From contig CP046106.1 in assembly GCA_013343275.1 (NCBI GenBank), forward strand, positions 608,001 through 672,000: a stretch of DNA of 64,000 nt. The letters run 5' to 3'. The DNA comes from Candidatus Nanohaloarchaea archaeon. GTDB lineage: Archaea; Nanohalarchaeota; Nanosalinia; Nanosalinales; Nanosalinaceae. Each line of letters begins with the position of its first letter. Within the stretch, counting starts at the first letter, position 1. Below the pieces are notes generated by a model. That model was given only the letters and a program-made list of their open reading frames with translations, was not told where the DNA came from and did not search any database. Both the position numbers and the translations under genes were made by a program. This document shows, piece by piece, positions 41,515-51,536 of the stretch.

Positions 41515-44289
41515 ATGGCCCAAGAATTCGCGGAAGAGCTCAAACAGATCGAAGAAAAATGGCAGAAAAAATGGGAAAAGGAAGGCCTTTACGAGGCCGA
41601 GAAAGACGAAGACCAGGAAAAATGCTACGTACTGGATATGTTTCCATACCCTTCCGGAAAAATGCACATGGGCCACGGTCGCGCATTCTCTCTAGCTGAC
41701 GCATACGCTCGTTACAAGTCAATGCAGGGCTTCAATGTCATGCATCCGATGGGCTGGGACGCATTCGGCATGCCAGCGGAGAACGCAGCAATTGACAGAA
41801 ACGTTGATCCAGGAGAGTGGACTTTCGACTGTATCAGCGACATGAAAGAAGAGTTCAAACGACTAGGTTTCTCACTTGACTGGAGCCGTGAAGTAACAAC
41901 CTGTAAACCAGAATACTACAAATGGGACCAGTGGATCTTCCAGAAAATGCTGGAAGAAGGCCTAGCATACAGAGACGAGGCAGAAGTCAACTGGTGCCCA
42001 AGCTGCGAGACTGTTCTCGCCGACGAGCAGGTTGAGGACGGCCTGTGCTGGAGATGTGACACCGTAGTCGAGAACAAAGACATGAAGCAGTGGAAGCTCG
42101 GAATCACAGAGTATGCTGACGAACTTCTTGAAGATCTTGAACAGCTTGATGGATGGCCTGACAAAGTCAGAAAGATGCAGCACGACTGGATCGGAAAAAG
42201 CACAGGCGCAGAAATCAACTTCCCGGTCAAAGATGGCGGAGAACTCGAAGTATTCACCACAAGGCCTGATACTATCTTCGGAGCAACATTCATGGCTCTG
42301 GCGCCGGAACACAAGCTGGCTGAAGAAGTAGCGGAAGAAAATAATGATGTAGCAGATTATATCGAAGAGGCCAAGAAGAAAGACGATGAAGAACGCGAGG
42401 AGAAATCCAAGGCAGGAGTATTTACAGGAAGATATGCAGAAAATCCTGTAACAGGCGAAGAAATCCCTATTTACGTAGCAGAGTTCGTTCTTCCAGACTA
42501 CGGTACTGGAGCAATCATGGCCGTTCCTGCACACGACCAGAGAGACTTTGAATTTGCACAGGAGCACGGAATAGAAATACAGAAAGTTGTAGAACCAGAA
42601 GGAGACCACAGTTTCCAGGAAGAGGCCTACGAAGGAGACGGCGACCACGTAAACTCGGAGTTCCTTAACGGCCTCGATAAGGACGAGGGAATAGAAAAGA
42701 TAATTGAATACCTCGAAGATGAAGGACTCGGAGAGGAAGACGTTAACTACAAGCTACGTGACTGGCTGATCTCACGACAGCGCTACTGGGGAACACCGAT
42801 CCCTGTTATCTACTGTGATGAATGCGGCACAGTACCGGTTCCTGAAGAAGATCTTCCTGTCGAGCTACCGGAAGACGTGGAGTTCACAGGCCAAGGTAAC
42901 CCTATGAAGACTTCAGATCATTTCGAGCATACAGAATGTCCTGAATGTGGAGAAGAGGCCCGAAGAGAGACCGACACGATGGATACATTCATCAACTCTT
43001 CTTGGTACTTCCTCAGATACTGTTCACCAGATTTTGAGGAAGCTCCTTTCGATGAAGAGAAGGCCAACTACTGGATGAACGTAGATCAGTACGTCGGTGG
43101 TGTAGAGCACGCAGTAATGCACCTTCTCTATGCAAGATTCTTCCAGAAATTCCTCAGAGACGAAGGTCTTGTTGAAGAAGATGAGCCTTTCGAAAAACTC
43201 TTGACACAAGGGATGGTCAACCATCCAGCCTACAAATGCCCTGAACACGGCTGGCTTTATCCTGAAGAAGTAGAAAATCAGGAAACCTGCAGTAAATGCG
43301 GGAAAGAGGTCGAGACAGAGATGATGAAGATGAGCAAGTCGAAGAACAACGTCGTCAGGCCTTCAGAACTTGTTGAACGTCACGGGGCAGACACAGCCAG
43401 GCTTTTCATCCTCAGGGCCTCACACCCTACTAAAGAACTCGACTGGTCAAAGGACGGAGTAAAGGCCTCAGAAGAAATGCTTGAAAGGATCAACCGGCTT
43501 ATAACAGAAAATGAAGAACTGATCGCAGAAGAAGATGCAAGTCTCGAGGATTCAGACCTTCAGGATAGGATTGTCTCGAGCAGAATTCAGAGAGCAAAGG
43601 AGAAAGCCACAGAGTATATAGAAAATTACGAGTTCAATCTTGCCGCTGGAGAAGCTGACAAACTGTTGACAAAGCTTTACTGGTACAAACAGAGAAATCC
43701 AGACCCTGCAATCTTCACGCACGGAGTAGAAACACTTGTCAAGCTCATCGCGCCTTTCTCCCCTCACCTTGCGGACGAATTATGGAGAGATCTAGGAAAC
43801 GATGAATACCTATGGAACGGAGAATGGCCTGAAGTAGATGAACAGCTGCTTGATGAACAGGCCGAGAGAATCGACGAGTACTTTGACAGAGTATCCAGCG
43901 ATATAAGAGATATTGAGGAAATGATCGACGGCGAACCTGAAAAGGTCAAGATTATACAGGCTGCTGACTGGAAGTACGAGGCCTTCTCCAGTATTATCGA
44001 TAACCTGGAGCTTAGAGATGTCGGAGATATCATGGATGAAGTTCTCAACGGCGAACTGAAGCAGCACGCACAGGACATCAACCAGATGGTTGTGGAGGCC
44101 GTTGAAAATCCTGGCAAGTTCCAGGAACAGTTCATGAAGAAGGCTGCTGAGACTGATGCTCTTGGAGAAAACGTTGGGCGATGGGCCGAGGAGTTCGACG
44201 CCGAGATCGAGGTTGAGACAGAAGACGAGTCCTCAGAAGAAAAAGCCTCCAGAGCTGAGCCAGGAAGGCCTGCAATAGTGATAGAATGA
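41515..44289 (+). CDS. leuS: leucyl-tRNA synthetase (bacterial-type core)
   Basis: MFPYPSG..HMGH, FTTRPDT, AVPAHDQRD and KMSKS motifs. Confidence 0.98.
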   Translation: MAQEFAEELKQIEEKWQKKWEKEGLYEAEKDEDQEKCYVLDMFPYPSGKMHMGHGRAFSLADAYARYKSMQGFNVMHPMGWDAFGMPAENAAIDRNVDPGEWTFDCISDMKEEFKRLGFSLDWSREVTTCKPEYYKWDQWIFQKMLEEGLAYRDEAEVNWCPSCETVLADEQVEDGLCWRCDTVVENKDMKQWKLGITEYADELLEDLEQLDGWPDKVRKMQHDWIGKSTGAEINFPVKDGGELEVFTTRPDTIFGATFMALAPEHKLAEEVAEENNDVADYIEEAKKKDDEEREEKSKAGVFTGRYAENPVTGEEIPIYVAEFVLPDYGTGAIMAVPAHDQRDFEFAQEHGIEIQKVVEPEGDHSFQEEAYEGDGDHVNSEFLNGLDKDEGIEKIIEYLEDEGLGEEDVNYKLRDWLISRQRYWGTPIPVIYCDECGTVPVPEEDLPVELPEDVEFTGQGNPMKTSDHFEHTECPECGEEARRETDTMDTFINSSWYFLRYCSPDFEEAPFDEEKANYWMNVDQYVGGVEHAVMHLLYARFFQKFLRDEGLVEEDEPFEKLLTQGMVNHPAYKCPEHGWLYPEEVENQETCSKCGKEVETEMMKMSKSKNNVVRPSELVERHGADTARLFILRASHPTKELDWSKDGVKASEEMLERINRLITENEELIAEEDASLEDSDLQDRIVSSRIQRAKEKATEYIENYEFNLAAGEADKLLTKLYWYKQRNPDPAIFTHGVETLVKLIAPFSPHLADELWRDLGNDEYLWNGEWPEVDEQLLDEQAERIDEYFDRVSSDIRDIEEMIDGEPEKVKIIQAADWKYEAFSSIIDNLELRDVGDIMDEVLNGELKQHAQDINQMVVEAVENPGKFQEQFMKKAAETDALGENVGRWAEEFDAEIEVETEDESSEEKASRAEPGRPAIVIE

Positions 44290-44921
44290 GCGTAGCAATA
44301 TTCTTCGACCTAGATGGAACCTTGATAACCTATCCCGAGGATTTCCGGACGCTTTTTGAAGAATCTATCGGATCCACAGTGTCCGACGAAGTTTTCGATC
44401 TATATGTAGACAAACTCTTCCAGAGTATAGAGAATCTTGAAGACTCACCATACCAGAAAGCGTTTAGGGAGGCAGAAAAGGTCTCCGACATAAGCTTTGA
44501 CGCAGATAAGGCAGCAGAAAAATATATTGAGATAGAACTTAATGCTACAGAACTAAATCAAAACCTGTACAACCTCATGAAGAAGCTTTCCGAAGAACAT
44601 AGTGTAGGAATTCTCACCAACGGAGAAGGCAGGGTACAGAAAAAGAAAGTGAAAAAACACGAGATATCAGACGTAGCCGACGACATAATAATTTCTAATG
44701 AAGTAGGTAGCAGAAAGCCAGACCAGGAGATTTTCCAGATAGCAAAAGACAGGTTACAGGCCGATAATTACATTTACATTGGAGATACCTATGAAGAAGA
44801 CATAGAACCAGCAAAAGAAGCAGGGTTCAAAACTATATACATCTCAGGAGAAAACGAGGCAGATTTACAGGCTCGAAATCCGAACTCTCTAGCCAATTTA
44901 CTGAATCTTCTCCTGGACTAA
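44286..44921 (+). CDS. HAD-superfamily hydrolase
   Basis: FDLDGTL, LTNG, KP and IGDTYEED motifs. Confidence 0.93.
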   Translation: MSVAIFFDLDGTLITYPEDFRTLFEESIGSTVSDEVFDLYVDKLFQSIENLEDSPYQKAFREAEKVSDISFDADKAAEKYIEIELNATELNQNLYNLMKKLSEEHSVGILTNGEGRVQKKKVKKHEISDVADDIIISNEVGSRKPDQEIFQIAKDRLQADNYIYIGDTYEEDIEPAKEAGFKTIYISGENEADLQARNPNSLANLLNLLLD

Positions 44922-44924
44922 CTT

Positions 44925-45194
44925 CTAGTATTTCTTCAGGCTTTCTTCCAGGTTCTCGCTGAGGTGTTTGTCTACGTCGACGTCGGCCTCTATTTCCTGC
45001 AGGGCCTTCCTCTGTGCGCGAGCCATCTTCTCTATTTTTTCAAGTCTGCGGTTCATGACTGCCATTGCGACCCATATCTGGCCTATGGATACATTTTCTG
45101 CCTGTGTGTATACGTCTTCGTGCCGGTCTACTGATCTGAGAAGTGACTGCAGAGAGTTCTTTAACTTGGAGGGAAGTTCTTTTCTCCAGCTCAT
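44925..45194 (-). CDS. small hypothetical coiled-coil protein
   Basis: ATG start with upstream TATA-like site; QIWVAMA helix and C-terminal LEESLKKY. Confidence 0.75.
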   Translation of the reverse strand: MSWRKELPSKLKNSLQSLLRSVDRHEDVYTQAENVSIGQIWVAMAVMNRRLEKIEKMARAQRKALQEIEADVDVDKHLSENLEESLKKY

Positions 45195-45285
45195 GGAACG
45201 ATTTTTCGTATAGAAATCTTTTAACGATGTCTGGAGCGGTGGAAGTTTTAATGGTTTACAAGCAGTTACTTTCTGTGAATTAACA

Positions 45286-45933
45286 ATGGAAAAAGGAGAT
45301 CTAGTTCTAGTTGACTATGTAGGCCGTGCGAACGGAGAAATATTCGACCTTTCAAACAAGGAAAAAGCAGAGGAAGAAGGCCTTGACACCAGCCAGATGG
45401 AGTTCGAACCAGTACCTGTACTGGTTGGAGAGGAGTACGTTATCCCTGGATTCGAGGAAGCAGTAAAGGATATGGAAGTAGGAGAGGAGAAAGAGTTCGA
45501 AGTCTCTCCTGAGAAAGGTTACGGCGAGAGAAAGTCTGAAGATATCGAAACCTACCCTGAGAAAGAGTTCAACAAGCAGGACGTAAATGTCAGTGTCGGC
45601 GACACACTGATGGTAGGACGCAGACAGGGCCGCGTAATTTCCAAAGGATCAGGTCGCGTAAGAATCGATTTCAACCACCCTCTTGCAGGCAAAGAACTTG
45701 ACTACTGGGTAAAAGTAGTTGAGAAAGTCGAGGACGACGAGGAGAAGGCCCGTACAATCTTCGACTACAGACTGGGCCACGGAGAAATCGAGTTCGACGG
45801 AGAAAAAGTAACTATTGTCCACGAGCACGACGAAGAAGGCCATCAGCACGAACTACCTGAGCAGCTGAAGGACGCGATCAGCAGAGAGATCACGGAATAC
45901 ACGAAGTACGAGAACGTCGAGTTCGACGAGTAG
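45286..45933 (+). CDS. slyD: FKBP-type peptidyl-prolyl isomerase (SlyD-like)
   Basis: IPGFEEA, PEKGYG and DFNHPLAGKEL motifs. Confidence 0.93.
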   Translation: MEKGDLVLVDYVGRANGEIFDLSNKEKAEEEGLDTSQMEFEPVPVLVGEEYVIPGFEEAVKDMEVGEEKEFEVSPEKGYGERKSEDIETYPEKEFNKQDVNVSVGDTLMVGRRQGRVISKGSGRVRIDFNHPLAGKELDYWVKVVEKVEDDEEKARTIFDYRLGHGEIEFDGEKVTIVHEHDEEGHQHELPEQLKDAISREITEYTKYENVEFDE

Positions 45934-45956
45934 AATTTTCCAGTAGTTAAACTTCT

Positions 45957-45975
45957 GGCCGGGTTTTCTCCGGCC
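45957..45975 (+). terminator. GC hairpin after slyD
   Basis: GGCCGG-GTTTTCT-CCGGCC inverted repeat followed by a T-rich tract. Confidence 0.35.
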
Positions 45976-46035
45976 TTCAGCCATTTTTATATACGTTGGT
46001 GATTACTTCTTATACATAACAAGAGTGGTCGCAAG

Positions 46036-47148
46036 ATGGAAGATCAGATCGAACAGGCAAAGAGAAACGACGAAGGCGGAGTACCTCAATCAAGTCAGAA
46101 AAGCCACGACATCGACGAAGAACTCGAAAACTTGATAGAGCAGAGAAAAGCTGACATCAAGGTTATCGGAACAGGAGGAGCAGGAAACAATACTATTTCC
46201 CGCCTCGTAGACGTTGGAATCGAAGGATGCGACACAGTCGCAATGAACACCGACGCACAGGATCTTCTATACGCAAACGCTGACCAGAAAGTACTGATCG
46301 GAAAAGAACTTACACAGGGCCTCGGAGCAGGAGCCGATCCAAAAGTAGGAGAGGAATCCGCAAAAGAGTCCCAACAAAAGATCAAGGAACAGGTCAAAGG
46401 AAGCGACATGGTATTCATCACCTGCGGCCTCGGAGGAGGAACAGGAACCGGATCAGCACACGTAATCGCAGAACAGGCCAAAAAAGAAGGCGCACTAACA
46501 GTCGGAATCGTAACACTGCCATTCGAAATGGAAGGAACTTCTCGTCAGGAAAACGCAGAATACGGCCTAGAACGGTTGGAAGAAGTAGTCGACACACTAA
46601 TCGTAATTCCAAACGACAAGCTCCTCGAAATCGTTCCAGACGTATCGCTTAACACAGCATTCAAGATTGCAGATGAAATACTTGTAAACGCAGTCAAAGG
46701 CGTAACAGAACTTGTCACCAAACCAGGCCTAGTCAACCTCGACTTCGCAGACATCCGCGCAGTCATGGGAGAAGGAGGGATCGCAATGATCGGAATGGGC
46801 CAATCCGATACAGACTCCAGAGCAAACGAAGCAGTGCAGAAAGCACTATCCAACCCTCTACTCGACGTAGACATCGCAGGTGGAGAAGGAGCACTCGTAA
46901 ACGTAACAGGAGGATCATCACTATCCCTCAACGAAGCCCAGGAAGTTGTCAACACAGTTTCAGGAAAGCTTGATGACTCTGCAAAGATCATCTGGGGAGC
47001 ACAGGTCAGAGAAGACATGAGCGACGCACTCCAGGCTATGATCATAGTCACAGGAGTCGACAGTCCTCAGATCTACGGGCCCGACAACACGCATCAGGAC
47101 GAGTACGAGGAAGAGATCGAGCAGGAGCTTGGCGTAGAGTTTATCTAG
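46036..47148 (+). CDS. ftsZ: cell division protein FtsZ
   Basis: GGAGNN, NTDAQ, GGGTGTG and NLDFAD motifs. Confidence 0.98.
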   Translation: MEDQIEQAKRNDEGGVPQSSQKSHDIDEELENLIEQRKADIKVIGTGGAGNNTISRLVDVGIEGCDTVAMNTDAQDLLYANADQKVLIGKELTQGLGAGADPKVGEESAKESQQKIKEQVKGSDMVFITCGLGGGTGTGSAHVIAEQAKKEGALTVGIVTLPFEMEGTSRQENAEYGLERLEEVVDTLIVIPNDKLLEIVPDVSLNTAFKIADEILVNAVKGVTELVTKPGLVNLDFADIRAVMGEGGIAMIGMGQSDTDSRANEAVQKALSNPLLDVDIAGGEGALVNVTGGSSLSLNEAQEVVNTVSGKLDDSAKIIWGAQVREDMSDALQAMIIVTGVDSPQIYGPDNTHQDEYEEEIEQELGVEFI

Positions 47149-47245
47149 AAGCCAAGGCCTTCTCACAGAATTCTTTTTCTTTTCTCCTTTAATTTCAGCC
47201 AGCAAAGACAGTATAATTTTAAACAGCAATCCGAAATAGCTACCT

Positions 47246-47740
47246 ATGAAGCCTGATGCCTTGAGAGGTACCTTCGCTCGGCTCTGGGAAGGCCTGTTTC
47301 TATCGGTTGCCGACAATATCTCGGTTTTCTCAATCAGCGATGCAAGATTTCCGCCGTACTTCTTCCGGTTGATGTTGGTCGCGGCCGTACCAATATTTTT
47401 CCTGGCAGGTTACCGTCCTACAAACCCTATTCTACAGCTGCTGGCACTGGTTTCAATACTAGGCGTTGTCATTTCTATTCCTATAGCAACCTATCTCAGC
47501 CTGAAGAAAAAGGAATACACGCTTCAAGGATCGGAGGTAAGAGAGGTAGAGACATTTCTTGGTAGAAATGAGTCATCAGTAAACCTAAGCGAGGTAGGAG
47601 ACGCCTATATAAGCGAAGGAGTTATAGGCCGCATTTTAGGTGTCGGAAAGGTTTGTCTGACTACTGATGAAGGCATTTTCCAGATAGATTACGTTAAAGA
47701 TCCTGAGCAGGTAAAGGCTGATATCAAAAGAGCGCTATAG
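47246..47740 (+). CDS. membrane protein with bPH_2-like domain
   Basis: Two TM helices followed by GRILGVGKV pattern. Confidence 0.7.
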   Translation: MKPDALRGTFARLWEGLFLSVADNISVFSISDARFPPYFFRLMLVAAVPIFFLAGYRPTNPILQLLALVSILGVVISIPIATYLSLKKKEYTLQGSEVREVETFLGRNESSVNLSEVGDAYISEGVIGRILGVGKVCLTTDEGIFQIDYVKDPEQVKADIKRAL

Positions 47741-47792
47741 ATCACGCTACATTTGTCTTTTAAATCTTGTCTTCTATCTCTGTTTTAGTATC

Positions 47793-47861
47793 GCCCGTAT
47801 GGACCAGCTTTGCTGGGAGGGAGGCCAAGTCTTTTTGGACTAGTTCTCTCTAAATACGGGT
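47793..47861 (+). promoter_or_regulatory. structured three-way-junction leader upstream of secE and the r-protein genes
   Basis: GCCCGTAT/ATACGGGT, CCAGC/GCTGG and GAGGGAG/TTCTCTC stems; TATA at about 47758. Confidence 0.55.
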
Positions 47862-47878
47862 ATAGGTGTAATTTAGCC

Positions 47879-48079
47879 ATGGAACTAAACCCCGGAGAAT
47901 GGAAGCAGCATGCAGTAGATAAGCTTAGAGAGTACCGTAGAGTGCTCAAGATATCTGAGAAACCTGATAGAGAAGAGTTCGAGATGAGCGCCAAGGTTAC
48001 CGGCGCCGGAATGATCATCATCGGGCTGATAGGTTTCGTGTTCTACCTGCTTTCAAACCTGATTCCGAACTACCTGTGA
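47879..48079 (+). CDS. secE: protein translocase SecE/Sec61 gamma
   Basis: EYRRVLKISEKPDREEF plus TM helix; conserved synteny. Confidence 0.95.
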   Translation: MELNPGEWKQHAVDKLREYRRVLKISEKPDREEFEMSAKVTGAGMIIIGLIGFVFYLLSNLIPNYL

Positions 48080-48085
48080 TCTACA

Positions 48086-48523
48086 ATGATACTTACCGCA
48101 AGAACGACAAGAGGCCGTGAGAAGACCGCAATAAACTCTCTGGAAAGCAAAGTTAAAGGCAAAGATATAGATGTAAGAGCGGTTTTCCATCCAGAAGACC
48201 TCCAGGGATATATCTTCATCGAAGGAAACGAGGCCGATATCAGGACACTCGCGAACGATACCCGAAATATCAACGGGATCATCGATGAAGAAGTAGAGGT
48301 TGACGAGATCGAGAAATACCTGAGCGAAGAACAGGAAGAGATCAAGATCGAGGAAGGAGACGTCGTAGAAGTAATCGGCGGGCCTTTCAAAGGCGAAGAA
48401 GCTAAAATCAACAGGGTTGACGAAACCAACAGAGAAGTCACCATCGAACTTATCGACGCAGCAGTACCGATCCCTACAACAGTCGACGCAGACATGGTGC
48501 GGAAGAAAGCTCAGCAAGACTAA
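48086..48523 (+). CDS. spt5: transcription elongation factor Spt5/NusG
   Basis: GYIFIE and KOW GDVVEVIGGPFKGE motifs. Confidence 0.96.
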   Translation: MILTARTTRGREKTAINSLESKVKGKDIDVRAVFHPEDLQGYIFIEGNEADIRTLANDTRNINGIIDEEVEVDEIEKYLSEEQEEIKIEEGDVVEVIGGPFKGEEAKINRVDETNREVTIELIDAAVPIPTTVDADMVRKKAQQD

Positions 48524-48562
48524 AACAATACTATCTAGCTAAAAATCTAGAGTGATCAATTT

Positions 48563-49060
48563 ATGGGAGACAAAAAAACGATTTCGACACTAGTCGAGGG
48601 TGGATCTGCATCAGCAGGCCCTCCGCTAGGACCAGAACTTGGGCCTCTACCAACTGACGTTGGAGAGGTTGTAAAATCAATTAACGAAGAAACAGCAGAC
48701 TTCCAGGGAATGGAGGTTCCTGTTGACGTCATCATCGACGAAGAAACAGGCGACTTCGAGATAGAAGTCGGAAAGCCACCAGCAGCAGTCCTGATCAAGG
48801 ATGAACTGGGTATCGAGTCCGGGTCCGGTGAGCCTAACAAGAACAAGGTTGCCGACATGGACTTCGAGACAGCTTGCAAAGTTGCAAGAATGAAGGCCTC
48901 CGACCTGCTTGCAATGGATCTACGCGGAGCTGTAAAGGAGATTATCGGAACAGCTCACTCAATGGGAGTTACCATTGACGGTAAAGACGCGTACGACGTT
49001 GCACAGGAAATCGACGAAGGAAAATACGACGACAAACTGGAAGCAGAGGAAGGAATTTAG
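48563..49060 (+). CDS. rpl11: 50S ribosomal protein uL11
   Basis: GPPLGPELGP and GTAHSMGV motifs. Confidence 0.97.
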   Translation: MGDKKTISTLVEGGSASAGPPLGPELGPLPTDVGEVVKSINEETADFQGMEVPVDVIIDEETGDFEIEVGKPPAAVLIKDELGIESGSGEPNKNKVADMDFETACKVARMKASDLLAMDLRGAVKEIIGTAHSMGVTIDGKDAYDVAQEIDEGKYDDKLEAEEGI

Positions 49061-49072
49061 AGGTGAACAAGA

Positions 49073-49699
49073 ATGAACTTTGAAGACGCAGTTAACGAAG
49101 CCGTTGAACAGGCAGAGGAAAGAGGCTTTACAGAAAGTATCGATCTAATAATTAACTTTACAGGCCTTGATCTTTCAGATCCTGACAACAGATTCAACGA
49201 GGACTTCAAGCTTCCTTTCCAGGCTGACGAAGATGTAAAAGTTGCAGTCATCGGAGATACTCTTGCGAAGAATGCAGAAAATGCCGATCTGGAGATTACA
49301 GAGGACGAGCTTGAGGAAGAATACTTTGACAACCCTAAGAACGCAAAAGATCTTGCAGACGAGTACTCGTTCCTGATTGCTGAGGCGCCACTGATGCCTA
49401 AGATTGGTTCTCAGCTGGGACAGGTGTTCGGACCGCGCAATATGATGCCGGATCCAATGCCTCCAGGAAGCGATCCTACAGACGAGATCGAGGACTTGAG
49501 GAACACAGTTACTCTCAGACTTCGTGAAGATCCTTTGATGCAGATCAAGATTGGTAACGAGGACAGAGATCTGGAAGAGGCCGCAAGGAACGCATCCGCA
49601 GTCTACGATTTCGTGGAGAGCCAGCTTCCTCAGGGCCAGAACAACATCAAATCCGTACTGATAAAGACCACTATGGGTCCTACAGTGGAGGTGAATTAA
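49073..49699 (+). CDS. rpl1: 50S ribosomal protein uL1
   Basis: FTESIDL, LGQVFGPR and KTTMGP motifs. Confidence 0.97.
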   Translation: MNFEDAVNEAVEQAEERGFTESIDLIINFTGLDLSDPDNRFNEDFKLPFQADEDVKVAVIGDTLAKNAENADLEITEDELEEEYFDNPKNAKDLADEYSFLIAEAPLMPKIGSQLGQVFGPRNMMPDPMPPGSDPTDEIEDLRNTVTLRLREDPLMQIKIGNEDRDLEEAARNASAVYDFVESQLPQGQNNIKSVLIKTTMGPTVEVN

Positions 49700-49700
49700 G

Positions 49701-50726
49701 ATGGTGCAGCCAAAGCCGAAGAAACTCTCACGAGAAGAGAAAGAACAGAAGGTTGAGTACTTCAAGGAAGAGATCGAATCGAATCCAGTAATCGGGATCC
49801 TGGACATGCACAACCTTCCGGCGAAGCAGCTCCAGCAGATCAAGAAAGAGATGAAGGAGTTCGCGAAGGTTCGAATGTCTCGAAAGACCTTGATGGAGAT
49901 CGCCATCGAGAAAGCAGATAAAGAGGATATCGAACAGCTGGAAGACAACGATGCAATCCAGCCAGCATTCATCTTCTCAGAGAAAGATCCTTTCCAGCTC
50001 TACTCACTGATCAAACAGAACAAGACCAGTGCAGCAGCTCAGGGAGGAGAAACCGCACCGAACGATATCGAAGTCCCTGACGGAGACACAGGAATCGGGC
50101 CAGGACCAATGCTTGGAAAACTCCAGCAGAGAGGCCTACAGGTGCAGGTCCAGGAAGGTTCCATCCACGTACAGGAACCAGGCGTCATCATCGAGAAAGG
50201 AGAGGAAATCACTGCAGACGATGCAGAAATCCTCAACCAGCTCGGAATCGAACCACTGGAAATCGGACTCGACCTGGACGTAGCATACAGCGAAGGAGAA
50301 CTGTTCACAGCTGACGAACTAGACATCGACACAGAACAGTACAGAACAGATGTCAAATCCGCAGCAAGCGGAGCATTCAACCTCGCAGTCAACGCAGGAA
50401 TCGTCAACGAGACAACCTCAGAGACACTCGTCCAGCAGGCAGTCCGCAAAGCCAAGAACCTGGCAACAAGCGAAGGCCTACCAGTCGAAGAAACAATCGA
50501 AGAAGCACTGGCCTACGCCAAATCCAACGCAGACGGCCTCGACTCCCAGGTAGACCTCGAATCAGTCGACCTAGAAGAAGGAGATGAAGAATCTTCCGAG
50601 GAGCAATCTTCCGAAGAGGAGGACACAGAAGAAGAGACAGAGACTGAAGAGGAAGACACCGAATCCGAAGAGGGATCGGAAGAGTCAGAAGAATCTGAAG
50701 AAGATTCGGACAAGGAAGAGGAATAA
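49701..50726 (+). CDS. rpl10: 50S ribosomal protein uL10 (P0)
   Basis: LPAKQLQQIK, GDTGIGPG and LGIEPLEIGL motifs; acidic tail. Confidence 0.96.
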   Translation: MVQPKPKKLSREEKEQKVEYFKEEIESNPVIGILDMHNLPAKQLQQIKKEMKEFAKVRMSRKTLMEIAIEKADKEDIEQLEDNDAIQPAFIFSEKDPFQLYSLIKQNKTSAAAQGGETAPNDIEVPDGDTGIGPGPMLGKLQQRGLQVQVQEGSIHVQEPGVIIEKGEEITADDAEILNQLGIEPLEIGLDLDVAYSEGELFTADELDIDTEQYRTDVKSAASGAFNLAVNAGIVNETTSETLVQQAVRKAKNLATSEGLPVEETIEEALAYAKSNADGLDSQVDLESVDLEEGDEESSEEQSSEEEDTEEETETEEEDTESEEGSEESEESEEDSDKEEE

Positions 50727-50761
50727 ATTCCTCTTACCCTACTTTTTCCTTCTAAATTTTC

Positions 50762-51466
50762 TTAACCTACTAAATTTCTGACTTTACTTGATTCTTCAGC
50801 AATCAATTCCTGAATTTTTTCCTTATCTCCACGGGCCAGCGCCAGATCAAAGGTCTTGCTGCGTGAGTAAAGTTCTGCATCGAACTCTTCAGCAGGAATT
50901 TCTCTATCGGAGGCCTTTACTTTTTCATCGGAAATCTCCCCTTCTTCATCTACAAGAGCAGAAAATTCTCTATCGAACTCAAGGCTTGAGAGTACTCTAT
51001 GCGAGTACTTCGAGTATCGGACTTCGTAGCGGCCTTCACGGTTGTAGAAGCTCTGTTCTACACCTATTTTTTCCAGCAGATCGATGAATCTCGAGGCCAG
51101 AGATTTCTCATCTGTAATATAGACCGGTGTGCCTTTTCGATTAACTGTTACCGAGGCCTCTACCCGAGTCAGAAGCTCTTCATCTATTTCGACCGGCAGA
51201 TCTATTTCCCAGACCTTTCCCCGGCCTTTACCTTTCACAGCGGAAATTTCCGGAGGGTTCTGTCCCATCAACCTTCGAATGAAGCTTATCGGCATGAATG
51301 AGTTTTTGGATCGCCAGTTGTACATTTTCGAGCTGGAGAAGTCGAATGCCTCCGAAAGCTGTTTGACTCCACCGAATTCGTCTACCCTGTGCCAGAGATC
51401 TTCGCGGCCTTTCTCCGTCAGCTTCACTCGGGTCTGATCTGGCAGATCCTCGAACTTCAATCTCAT
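50762..51466 (-). CDS. hypothetical HTH plus degenerate LAGLIDADG-like protein
   Basis: GGVKQLSEAF..SKMYNWR HTH; LPVEIDEELL..; FSALVDEEGEI resembles a LAGLIDADG helix. Confidence 0.65.
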   Translation of the reverse strand: MRLKFEDLPDQTRVKLTEKGREDLWHRVDEFGGVKQLSEAFDFSSSKMYNWRSKNSFMPISFIRRLMGQNPPEISAVKGKGRGKVWEIDLPVEIDEELLTRVEASVTVNRKGTPVYITDEKSLASRFIDLLEKIGVEQSFYNREGRYEVRYSKYSHRVLSSLEFDREFSALVDEEGEISDEKVKASDREIPAEEFDAELYSRSKTFDLALARGDKEKIQELIAEESSKVRNLVG

Positions 51467-51536
51467 TTGTATTCAATTATGCAGGAGAGGTTTTTAAGGG
51501 TTGGTCTCCGATACTGAGGTATTGGTGAATTAATTA

